Source: a virus. Taken from it: a stretch of 30,258 nucleotides of DNA. The DNA lies in IMG/VR virus record IMGVR_UViG_3300044856_000228, positions 1-30,258 of that record; one strand, written 5' to 3'. Under the pieces are notes generated by a model, which saw only the letters and a program-made list of their open reading frames with translations, did not search any database and had not been told where the DNA came from. This document shows positions 1 to 7,409 of this stretch, one piece after another. Within the stretch, counting starts at the first letter, position 1, and each line of letters opens with the position of its first letter. The position numbers and the translations under genes are program-made.

Positions 1-240
1 AATACAAAAAAGAAAACAACAGTTGCTAAAACATTAGAAGAATTCGAAAAAAATATTAATGAAAATCAAGGATATGTTAAAACAATGTGGTGTGGTAGTA
101 GTGAATGTGAAGAAAAAATTCATGAGTTAACAGGAGCTAAATCAAGATGTATACCATTTAACCAAGAGCATATTTCTGATACTTGCGTATGCTGTGGTAA
201 ACCAGCAAGCAAGATGGTTGTATGGGGAAGACAATATTAA
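1..240 (+). CDS. proS: Prolyl-tRNA synthetase, C-terminal fragment (host gene, 5' truncated by window)
   Basis: Frame 1 from base 1 translates to [79 protein letters not shown], with the Cys pairs and the aromatic C-terminus typical of bacterial/archaeal-type ProRS. Confidence 0.85.
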   Translation, partial: NTKKKTTVAKTLEEFEKNINENQGYVKTMWCGSSECEEKIHELTGAKSRCIPFNQEHISDTCVCCGKPASKMVVWGRQY

Positions 241-252
241 TATAGACTAGAT

Positions 253-293
253 AAAAAGCTGTATCTTACTTAAGAGTAAGGATACAGCTTTTT
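253..293 (+). terminator. Intrinsic terminator-like hairpin downstream of proS
   Basis: AAAAAGCTGTATC-TTACT / TAAG / AGTAA-GGATACAGCTTTTT; long stem with one bulge, ends in a T run. Confidence 0.85.
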
Positions 294-327
294 ACGTTGA
301 CGATAGATTTAGCAAATTAATGCAATT

Positions 328-1452
328 TTAATGCAACTGACTTAAATATTTTATATTTTTATTGATTTCTTCTTCTTTAAATTTATCAAAAACAGTAGTA
401 TAAGTATTTAATGTAGTTTTAATATTTTTATGTCCCAAAAGTTTTTGAAGGACTACTGGACTCATACCACTTTCAATACAACGAGTAGCATATGTATGTC
501 GTAACATATGAAAATTAACATTAGATGTACCTAAATGTTTTTTACAAAATTTTTTGAAGTACTCATTAACGTTATAAGTACGAATAAAATCACCGTTATT
601 ATTTGTAAATATTAATTGATTAGGATTGATGACCATTTCAGATATAGCTTTTTGTAAATATTTTTTATATAAAGATGTTATTGGAATATCACGAAGAGAA
701 GTATATGTTTTAGTTGTATTTCCCAATATGATTTTAGAATGTTTATCTCTTGTTAAAGTATTGTTTATATGAATAATATTCTTTTTAAAGTCTATATCGT
801 TTATAGTTAAGGCTAATATTTCACCAATTCTCATTCCAGTAAACATAGCAATAGCATAAATATTTCCATATTTTACATTATCTAAATTTTTTAGAATAAT
901 TTTTTGAGATTCTAAGTCAAAAGCTTCAATTTTTTTATCAATTTTATCTGATTTAGGTTTTAATACATTTATCATTGGAGATTTATTTAAATAATCACGT
1001 TTAATAGCCTCATTAAAAATTCGTGTTAATTCTTCATATATTTTATCTATAACAGAGTTTGCATATTTAGTATTTTTTAGCATGAAATCTTGAATTTCTA
1101 TACTAGTAGCTTTTTGAACCTGAACGCTACCAATATCATTTTTTATAATATTCAATACAAAAAAATTATCATGATACGTACTTTCTTTTATAATATTACT
1201 TTTTAACTTCATATCTAAAATATCTTTGCCAAGTTCGTAAATTGTAATTTTTGATTTTTCAATAAAAGAATTGTTTTGAATATTATTTATAGCTTCAGTA
1301 ATTTTTTCTTTAACTTCTTTTCTAGTTTTACCATATATAGTTTTTCTGTTAAGTTTTCCATCTGCTTTTCTTCCAGCTGTAAATTGTCCTACCCATCTAT
1401 TTAATTTTTCTGAGTAGAAGATAGATCCTTCTCCATTTCCACGTTTAGACAT
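328..1452 (-). CDS. int: Tyrosine-type site-specific integrase (phage integrase family)
   Basis: 374 aa; catalytic motifs FTGMRIGEILAL, FHMLRHTYATRCIESG, LQKLLGHKNIKTTLNTYT; sits at the prophage edge next to proS. Confidence 0.97.
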   Translation of the reverse strand: MSKRGNGEGSIFYSEKLNRWVGQFTAGRKADGKLNRKTIYGKTRKEVKEKITEAINNIQNNSFIEKSKITIYELGKDILDMKLKSNIIKESTYHDNFFVLNIIKNDIGSVQVQKATSIEIQDFMLKNTKYANSVIDKIYEELTRIFNEAIKRDYLNKSPMINVLKPKSDKIDKKIEAFDLESQKIILKNLDNVKYGNIYAIAMFTGMRIGEILALTINDIDFKKNIIHINNTLTRDKHSKIILGNTTKTYTSLRDIPITSLYKKYLQKAISEMVINPNQLIFTNNNGDFIRTYNVNEYFKKFCKKHLGTSNVNFHMLRHTYATRCIESGMSPVVLQKLLGHKNIKTTLNTYTTVFDKFKEEEINKNIKYLSQLH

Positions 1453-1628
1453 AAAAAACTCCTTTCAAAAATTTGTTCTCTTGAAAGAAGTTAGAAATAA
1501 ATATATAATTAATAAAACTCTTTCAAGAGTGATTTTGAGAATAGATAATGTAAAACTTTGGCGAGGGATACATTATCTATTTTTGTATTACAATAATATT
1601 TCATTTTTTTGAAAAATATTTTAAAAAG

Positions 1629-1657
1629 TTGCATTTTTTTTTACAAAATTGTATAAT
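1629..1657 (+). promoter_or_regulatory. Sigma-A type promoter reading rightward into the small RNA candidate
   Basis: TTGCAT (1629-1634), 17-nt spacer, TATAAT (1652-1657). Confidence 0.7.
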
Positions 1658-1664
1658 ATATTAT

Positions 1665-1768
1665 ACATAAGGCTAACTTGTGAAGGATAAAGGCTGGGTT
1701 CCCGAATGGGAGTAGATATATTTCAAAAATATATTTAGAATCCTTTGCCCCTGGGGTTAGCTTTTTTT
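1665..1768 (+). ncRNA. Candidate structured small RNA (~100 nt), convergent with the DUF3644 gene
   Basis: Starts just after a good promoter. Closing stem AAGGCUAAC (1669-1677)/GUUAGCUUU (1756-1764); second stem GAAGGAU (1682-1688)/AUCCUUU (1740-1746); hairpins UUCCC-GAAU-GGGAG (1699-1712) and GAUAUAUUU-CAA-AAAUAUAUU (1715-1735); 3' T run follows GTTAGC. Confidence 0.65.
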
Positions 1769-2728
1769 ATTTAATTTATTTTTTAAATTGTTTATGATAT
1801 TATCTGGATCTTTTTTTATTTCTTCAACAATAAAATCAATAGTTTGAATAGAATAACTATATTTAGGTGCTTCACCTATTGTGTTGATATAACAAAATTT
1901 TGGATTATTTTTTATATCATAATAATTGGCAAATAGTTGAAAATGATATCGATTAAATGTTAAATTTATTTCAGCTTTTTTCAATCTTTTATTAATTTCT
2001 TGATTTAATTTTTTCATAGTAAATTTATGTGTAACATTAGGGTCTTTTAGTTCTTTAATAATTTTTACATTTTCATTTGAACTTTTATCAATACTTAATA
2101 ATTCAGTAGCTTCATTTTTATTTTTGGTAATATAATGATAATGTTCAATTCGTATTGCAAATCCATTATTATTTTTTTCAACTAAAGGATTTAATTCATG
2201 GAAGGTAGCAATTAATTTTTTAGATAGTTCTTCTGGATATTTTGCTCTTATTTCTGGCTCATTAAAAGATTTCATATTTGTAGTTAAAGTTAAAAAATTT
2301 TGAGGAATAATTTCACTCATATCTATATTATGAAATTGTTGCATTTTTTCATTAAAATTAAACAAACAAGCTTGAAATAATGGAATATATATCATTTCAT
2401 ACTCGGTTGTTACAAAATGAGTACTAGTATCTCTTAATTCAATTATTTTTTCTAGGTTTAATCTTAATGGGTCTTTTGAATTTGTGAATACTTTCTTTAT
2501 GCATTCAGATAGACTAATAGTTCTGTTTGGTTTATCTTTGTAATATATTTCACTATTTCCATATTTTTTTATTATATGAGCTTTTAGCATTAGCTCCCAA
2601 GCATTACATATAAAAAATGAGAAACCTTCTACTCGATATTTAATAGTTGGTTTATTATATATTTCAACAGATAAAATGAATGCTTCTTTTGATTTGTCTA
2701 ATAATAAATTTACAATATTATTTTCCAT
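1757..2728 (-). CDS. DUF3644 domain-containing protein; possible HEPN-like RNase
   Basis: 323 aa; N-terminal SKEAFILSVEIYNKPTIKYRVEGFSFFICNAWELMLKAHIIKKYG and LEKIIELRDTSTHFVTTEYEMIYIPLFQACLFNFNEKM are typical of DUF3644. Contains R99-DTST-H104 (RX4H). Confidence 0.8.
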   Translation of the reverse strand: MENNIVNLLLDKSKEAFILSVEIYNKPTIKYRVEGFSFFICNAWELMLKAHIIKKYGNSEIYYKDKPNRTISLSECIKKVFTNSKDPLRLNLEKIIELRDTSTHFVTTEYEMIYIPLFQACLFNFNEKMQQFHNIDMSEIIPQNFLTLTTNMKSFNEPEIRAKYPEELSKKLIATFHELNPLVEKNNNGFAIRIEHYHYITKNKNEATELLSIDKSSNENVKIIKELKDPNVTHKFTMKKLNQEINKRLKKAEINLTFNRYHFQLFANYYDIKNNPKFCYINTIGEAPKYSYSIQTIDFIVEEIKKDPDNIINNLKNKLNKKS

Positions 2729-2792
2729 TTGTTAGTCCTTCTTTATTAAATTTTTCCTTGATAAGATATACAATTGAGTCGAGAGTAGTTAG

Positions 2793-3143
2793 TTATTTTT
2801 TCTTTTCTATAGTAATTTTAAAGTTTTTTCTAATGGTATTTATTATTAAACATATTATAATTAATGCTATAATAATAGATAAAGCAATTATTATGTTATT
2901 CTGACTATTATTTTTTTCTTCTAATTCCTTATTTTCAGCTATCATATTAAATTTTTCATTTGCTTCTTTTTGTTCTTGTTCAGCTTTTTTCTTTAATTCT
3001 TCATCTCTTCTTTTATAATTTTCTTCGATTCTATTCCATTCTTCGGGACTGACATCATCTTTATAAACCCATTTAGCATATGATATATTATAGGAAAGTA
3101 TAGTTATAATAATTAATAGAAATGTAAGTATAGATTTTTTCAT
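2793..3143 (-). CDS. Small secreted/membrane protein with N-terminal signal-like helix and C-terminal TM helix
   Basis: MKKSILTFLLIIITILSYNISYAKW signal-like segment; IIIALSIIIALIIICLIINTI TM helix; Glu/Lys-rich linker. Confidence 0.7.
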   Translation of the reverse strand: MKKSILTFLLIIITILSYNISYAKWVYKDDVSPEEWNRIEENYKRRDEELKKKAEQEQKEANEKFNMIAENKELEEKNNSQNNIIIALSIIIALIIICLIINTIRKNFKITIEKKK

Positions 3144-3158
3144 TTATTTCTCCTTTTT

Positions 3159-3788
3159 TTATTCAAATATTTTACTTATTCGTGCTTCTACAACTTTACC
3201 TATTATTTTAAAGTTATCATTTTTACTTAATTTTCTAGGCGGATAATAGGAATTAAAAGCAACCAATTCAATATAATTATCATATTTTATAACTTTTTTA
3301 ACTGTACCTTCTTCACCATCTACAAGAACTATAGCAATTTGACCACTTTCAACATCAGATTGACGATGTACAATTATAATGTCATCTTCATACATAACTG
3401 GTTGCATACTATCTCCTACTATTTTTAATGCAAAGTAATTTTCTGGGTCAGCTAATTTTTTATCAATAGTCACATATCCAATAATATTTTCTGATGCAAG
3501 ATAATCATATCCAGCTTTTACTGCACCTAGAAGAGGAAAAACACGTTTATTATCTAATGTATTCCCTGAATGGTTATCTTCAACTAAATCCGATTTTTGT
3601 ATACTAAAATAATTAGCTAATAGTTGTATTTTATCAATTCGAGGATAAAATTCACCTTTGCACCAACTTGTAATTGTAGTATATGGTAAATTTAAATCTC
3701 TAGCTAGGTCATTTCTATCCTTTTTATTAATAGTCATATAATAATTTAAGTTTTTAGCAAAAATTTCTTTATTTCCTAAATCGCTCAT
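3159..3788 (-). CDS. Phage CI-like repressor: XRE HTH plus S24/LexA-type peptidase
   Basis: N-terminal HTH (RNDLARDLNLPYTTITSWCKGEFYPR); C-terminal GAVKAG cleavage region, VGDSMQPVMYEDDIIIV and GTVKKV S24 signatures. Confidence 0.93.
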   Translation of the reverse strand: MSDLGNKEIFAKNLNYYMTINKKDRNDLARDLNLPYTTITSWCKGEFYPRIDKIQLLANYFSIQKSDLVEDNHSGNTLDNKRVFPLLGAVKAGYDYLASENIIGYVTIDKKLADPENYFALKIVGDSMQPVMYEDDIIIVHRQSDVESGQIAIVLVDGEEGTVKKVIKYDNYIELVAFNSYYPPRKLSKNDNFKIIGKVVEARISKIFE

Positions 3789-3850
3789 ATCTGCCTCCTA
3801 TAAAGCATTATACAGGTATTCTGTAAAAAAATCAACATTTTTTTTAAAAA

Positions 3851-3913
3851 ATTACAGAAAAACTATTGACATTACAATTAAACTGTAATAATATAATTAC
3901 AGTTTTACAGTAA
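3851..3913. promoter_or_regulatory. Divergent lysogeny control region with repeated operator half-sites
   Basis: TTACAG/CTGTAA-type half-sites at 3851-3857, 3871-3876, 3883-3889, 3896-3902 and 3905-3913, between the divergent repressor and Cro-like genes. Confidence 0.7.
3866..3894 (+). promoter_or_regulatory. Consensus early rightward promoter
   Basis: TTGACA (3866-3871), 17-nt spacer, TATAAT (3889-3894). Confidence 0.88.
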
Positions 3914-3941
3914 CACACAAAAAGAAAGGAAGTGAATAGAA

Positions 3942-4154
3942 TTGCAATTATCTTTAAGAGCAATAAGAATCAATAGGAATAAAACTCAAGAAGAGGCAGC
4001 AAAAGGTATTGGTATTAGTGTTGAAACATTGGCTAATTATGAAAAAGGAAATACATATCCAGACATACCAATATTAAAAAAAATCGAAAAATATTACGAT
4101 GTAAGTTATAATGATATTGATTTTTTTTGCAACGATATTACAGTTAAACAGTAA
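3942..4154 (+). CDS. XRE-family HTH protein, Cro-like (TTG start)
   Basis: LRAIRINRNKTQEEAAKGIGISVETLANYEKGNTYPDIPILKKI; AGAAAGGAAG RBS upstream; divergent from repressor. Confidence 0.88.
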   Translation: MQLSLRAIRINRNKTQEEAAKGIGISVETLANYEKGNTYPDIPILKKIEKYYDVSYNDIDFFCNDITVKQ

Positions 4155-4169
4155 AAAAGAGGCGAAAAG

Positions 4170-4409
4170 ATGGAAGAAGAAACAGAAAAAACTTATATAG
4201 ATGAAGCTATAAAAGAAGGAAAAGTAAATTATCAAAGGGAGTATGAACCGAAAATGGAAGAAGAATTTGAAAAACTAATAAAATTAACAGAGCCACTAAG
4301 AAATTACATAAGTGAAAAGTATGATATGAAAGTTTCAATACTTGTAAATTGTGATGAAGTAAAAGTGATTAGAGATGAAGCAGGAGTTCCAATAAAAAAG
4401 GAAGACTAG
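4170..4409 (+). CDS. Hypothetical phage protein
   Basis: 79 aa acidic ORF preceded by AAAAGAGGCG; colinear in the early operon. Confidence 0.6.
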   Translation: MEEETEKTYIDEAIKEGKVNYQREYEPKMEEEFEKLIKLTEPLRNYISEKYDMKVSILVNCDEVKVIRDEAGVPIKKED

Positions 4410-4414
4410 CAAAG

Positions 4415-4618
4415 CTAATCTATCCTTTTATAACGATGAACTTTATCTAAATTAGATAATTCATGACCTAAAGATGGAGCATTCATAAAAGCTCTATATT
4501 CAGAATTAGTAACACCATAATATTGATAAATAGCACCATCTTTAAATTGAACTTCAAGTGTATTATTTTCCCAACCAACACTTGAAATTCTACTAGAAGA
4601 AACAGGTATTCTGTTCAT
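4415..4618 (-). CDS. KTSC domain protein
   Basis: MNRIPVSSSRISSVGWENNTLEVQFKDGAIYQYYGVTNSEYRAFMNAPSLGHELSNL matches the KTSC pattern; opposite strand to its neighbours. Confidence 0.8.
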   Translation of the reverse strand: MNRIPVSSSRISSVGWENNTLEVQFKDGAIYQYYGVTNSEYRAFMNAPSLGHELSNLDKVHRYKRID

Positions 4619-4712
4619 TAAAATACACCTCGCTTTCTACAAATTAAAATATTTTTCTCTTATGTGTGAGGTAATTATAATACAAATTTTGACAGAAAGG
4701 AAGTGATAAGAA

Positions 4713-4964
4713 ATGCAAGAGAAGAAACCGACAAAAAATTATAAAGATTTAGATGAAACAATAACACCTTTTGATTATGCAGAATGGAGAGGAATAGGAG
4801 AAAACAAGGCAAGAGAAATATTTAACAGAAAAGATTTTCCAAGAATTAAAGGTACTGGAGTAAAACAGCTAGCAGATAAGAGAGCAGTACTTCTTTATGA
4901 TTTAGGTTTAACAGGAAGTGACAAACAAGAAATATTACAAGAAATAGCAAAACAAATTATATAG
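4713..4964 (+). CDS. Small DNA-binding/excisionase-like protein
   Basis: TPFDYAEWRGIGENKAREIFNRKDFPRIKGTG resembles the HTH of excisionase-like proteins. Confidence 0.5.
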   Translation: MQEKKPTKNYKDLDETITPFDYAEWRGIGENKAREIFNRKDFPRIKGTGVKQLADKRAVLLYDLGLTGSDKQEILQEIAKQII

Positions 4965-4979
4965 AAAGGAGGGATAAAG

Positions 4980-5108
4980 ATGAGCAACCAACAAAAATTT
5001 GATTATTTGTTAGGAAAATTTACCAGAAAAGCAGCAACTTTTGTAGGAACAGTATTGTTTTTTGGAACAATCGAATTAGTATGTTTAGCACATATATTTT
5101 TAGGATAG
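4980..5108 (+). CDS. Small single-pass membrane protein (not in the ORF track)
   Basis: ATG after GAAAGGAGGGATAAAG; MSNQQKFDYLLGKFTRKAATFVGTVLFFGTIELVCLAHIFLG*. Confidence 0.6.
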   Translation: MSNQQKFDYLLGKFTRKAATFVGTVLFFGTIELVCLAHIFLG

Positions 5109-5124
5109 AGGAGGTGAAAAAAGA

Positions 5125-5385
5125 ATGGAATATTTTATATTACTTGCTGTAATAGGAATCTTAATAGCTTACATAGTAGTAAGAGAAACAATAGTACAAA
5201 AACAAATAAAAGAACTAGAAGAAGATTGCAATAATGCAGAGTTAAGAGCAGTAACGCATTTTCAAAAAGTAAATACAATTGAGAATTTAATAAAAGAAGA
5301 AGAAAAGAAACCTATATATGAAAGAAATAATTTCGTATTAGAACGCAAAATAAAAGAAGTAATTACAAGCGACCAAACTAGATAA
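5125..5385 (+). CDS. Hypothetical protein with N-terminal TM helix and coiled coil
   Basis: MEYFILLAVIGILIAYIVV followed by an E/K-rich helix; RBS GAGGTG upstream. Confidence 0.6.
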   Translation: MEYFILLAVIGILIAYIVVRETIVQKQIKELEEDCNNAELRAVTHFQKVNTIENLIKEEEKKPIYERNNFVLERKIKEVITSDQTR

Positions 5386-5471
5386 TTACTTCTTAAAATA
5401 AAAAAATTTCATAAATGAACCTAAAACTATTTTAGCATAGTTTGGGTAGAAAATCAAGGGAGGATATCCAT

Positions 5472-5693
5472 ATGAATAATGACTTAGATACTCGTTATAG
5501 TGAATTAGAAGAAGCGATATCAACATTGAACATTGCAATAAATGAAGTAACTGATAATTGCGTAAAAGAAATATTAATATCCTGTAAAGAAAACTTAGAA
5601 AATGAATTTAATGAAATAAAAGATAGAGTTGAGGCAATATGGGAGAATGAAAAAAGAGAGTTAAAAAACGAATATTGGAGGAGTGTAGTGTGA
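5472..5693 (+). CDS. Hypothetical phage protein
   Basis: Track ORF 5442-5693; likely start is the ATG at 5472 after AGGGAGGATATCC; MNNDLDTRYSELEEAISTLNIAI... Confidence 0.5.
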   Translation: MNNDLDTRYSELEEAISTLNIAINEVTDNCVKEILISCKENLENEFNEIKDRVEAIWENEKRELKNEYWRSVV

Positions 5694-6541
5694 TGACTGA
5701 AAATTTAATAGTAATTAAACAATTACCACAGATAGAAGAACATTTAAAGGATTTATCATCCGAAATAGATGTAAAGGTAAACAATGCAAAGAAATTAGTA
5801 TGTACAGAGGAAACTGTAAAAACAGTAAAGCAAGTAAGAGCAGATTTAACTAAAGATTTTAAAAATTTAGAAGAACAGAGGAAAACGGTAAAAGAACAAA
5901 TTTTAGCACCATATATGCAATTTGAAGAAGTTTATAAAACATATGTATCTAATAAATATAAAGAAGCTGACATAGATTTAAAACAAAAGATAGATAGCAC
6001 AGAAAATGAATTAAAAAAACAAAAAGAACAAGAAATTAAAGATTATTTTGAAGAATATAAAACAGCAAACAATATTGATTTTATAAATTACGAACAAGCA
6101 AATATAAATGTCACATTAACAGCTAGTAAAAAGAGTTTAAAAGAACAGGCAAAAAAATTTATAGATGAAATAGTAGATGATTTAAAACTTATTGAAACAC
6201 AAGAATGTAAAGAAGAAATTTTAGTTGAATATAAACAAAATTTAAATGTAAGTAAATCTATTCAAGAAGTAGCAAATAGACACAAGCTATTAGAAGAAGA
6301 GAAAAAAAAGCAGGAAGAATTAAAAAACAAACAATTAGAAGAAGCTCAACGACAAGCTGATATGTCAATAAAAACACAAGAAGTAGCAACAAAGAATGCT
6401 TTAGATAATTTTGTTATTGAAGCACCAAAAATAGAAGAACAAGAAGAAATCTTAACACTTAAATTTAAAGTAAGAGGAACAAGAAGTAAATTAAGAGAGT
6501 TAAAGAGATTTTTAGAAGATGGAGGGTATGATTATGAGTAA
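5690..6541 (+). CDS. DUF1351 domain phage protein, coiled coil
   Basis: TENLIVIKQLPQIEEHLKDLSSEIDVKVNNAKKL...EETVKTVKQVRADLTKDFKNLEEQRKTVKEQILAPYMQFE; immediately upstream of recT, as expected for this family. Confidence 0.75.
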   Translation: MMTENLIVIKQLPQIEEHLKDLSSEIDVKVNNAKKLVCTEETVKTVKQVRADLTKDFKNLEEQRKTVKEQILAPYMQFEEVYKTYVSNKYKEADIDLKQKIDSTENELKKQKEQEIKDYFEEYKTANNIDFINYEQANINVTLTASKKSLKEQAKKFIDEIVDDLKLIETQECKEEILVEYKQNLNVSKSIQEVANRHKLLEEEKKKQEELKNKQLEEAQRQADMSIKTQEVATKNALDNFVIEAPKIEEQEEILTLKFKVRGTRSKLRELKRFLEDGGYDYE

Positions 6542-7409
6542 TATATCAGTAAAAACAAATAAACCAACGAATAAACCAAAATTTAGTGTGGCAATACAAA
6601 GTGATACATATAAAAATTTAATAAATCAAACTTTAGGAGATAAAGACAGAGCAACAAGATTTATAGCTAGTATATCAAGTGCAGTAGCAACGAATACTGA
6701 TTTACAGCAGTGTGATGCTGGAACAATATTAAGTGGAGCATTGTTAGGAGAAAGCCTTAATTTAAGCCCAAGCCCTCAATTAGGACAATACTATTTAGTT
6801 CCATTTAACAAAAAAGTTAAAGATGCAAATGGAAATGAGTATTATATAAAAGTAGCACAATTTCAGCTAGGTTACAAAGGGTATATACAATTAGCAATTA
6901 GAAGCGGTCAGTATAAAAAATTAAATGTGTTAGCTATAAAAAAAGGTGAACTAATTAAGTATGATCCATTAAATGAAGAAATAGAAGTAAATCTTATAGA
7001 AGATGAAGAAGAAAGAGAAAATGCAGAGACTATTGGATATTATGCAATGTTTGAATATACAAATGGATTTAGAAAATCGCTATATTGGTCAAAATCTAAG
7101 ATGGAAAAACACGCATTAAAATATTCAAAAGGTTATGCAGCACACAAAGGTTATACATTCTGGGAAAAAGATTTCGACGGAATGGCATATAAAACAATGC
7201 TTAGACAATTAATTTCAAAATGGGGAATTATGAGTATTGATATGCAACAAGCAGTAGAAAAAGACATGACAGCAATTAATACCGATGGTACATACGAATA
7301 TGTAGATAATGAAGAAGATACAATAATTGAACAAGAAGAATCAAAAGACGAAGTAGTAGAAGTTCAAAATGAAACTACTGAAAAAGAGGTATCTATGAAT
7401 GAATTATAA
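6534..7409 (+). CDS. recT: RecT single-strand annealing recombinase
   Basis: QSDTYKNLINQTLGDKDRATRFIASISSAVATNTDLQQCDAGTILSGALLGESLNLSPSPQLGQYYLVPFNKKVK...AQFQLGYKGYIQLAIRSGQY. Confidence 0.96.
   Translation: MSNISVKTNKPTNKPKFSVAIQSDTYKNLINQTLGDKDRATRFIASISSAVATNTDLQQCDAGTILSGALLGESLNLSPSPQLGQYYLVPFNKKVKDANGNEYYIKVAQFQLGYKGYIQLAIRSGQYKKLNVLAIKKGELIKYDPLNEEIEVNLIEDEEERENAETIGYYAMFEYTNGFRKSLYWSKSKMEKHALKYSKGYAAHKGYTFWEKDFDGMAYKTMLRQLISKWGIMSIDMQQAVEKDMTAINTDGTYEYVDNEEDTIIEQEESKDEVVEVQNETTEKEVSMNEL

Noticed and set aside
1757-1800. Reading the small RNA on the minus strand as a DUF3644 terminator
   Set aside because: On the minus strand the GCTAAC/GTTAGC stem is followed by CTTATG rather than a T run, whereas on the plus strand it is preceded by a promoter and followed by TTTTTTT, so the plus orientation is favoured.
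2680-2904. Plus-strand ORF 2680..2904 as a membrane protein
   Set aside because: Overlaps the well supported DUF3644 and signal-peptide genes on the other strand; hydrophobicity is a by-product of AT-rich antisense.
328-3143. A reverse transcriptase/retron or CRISPR-type system in the lysogenic block
   Set aside because: No RT (YxDD), Cas or repeat-spacer signatures found in the translated ORFs; only integrase, DUF3644 and a TM protein are present.
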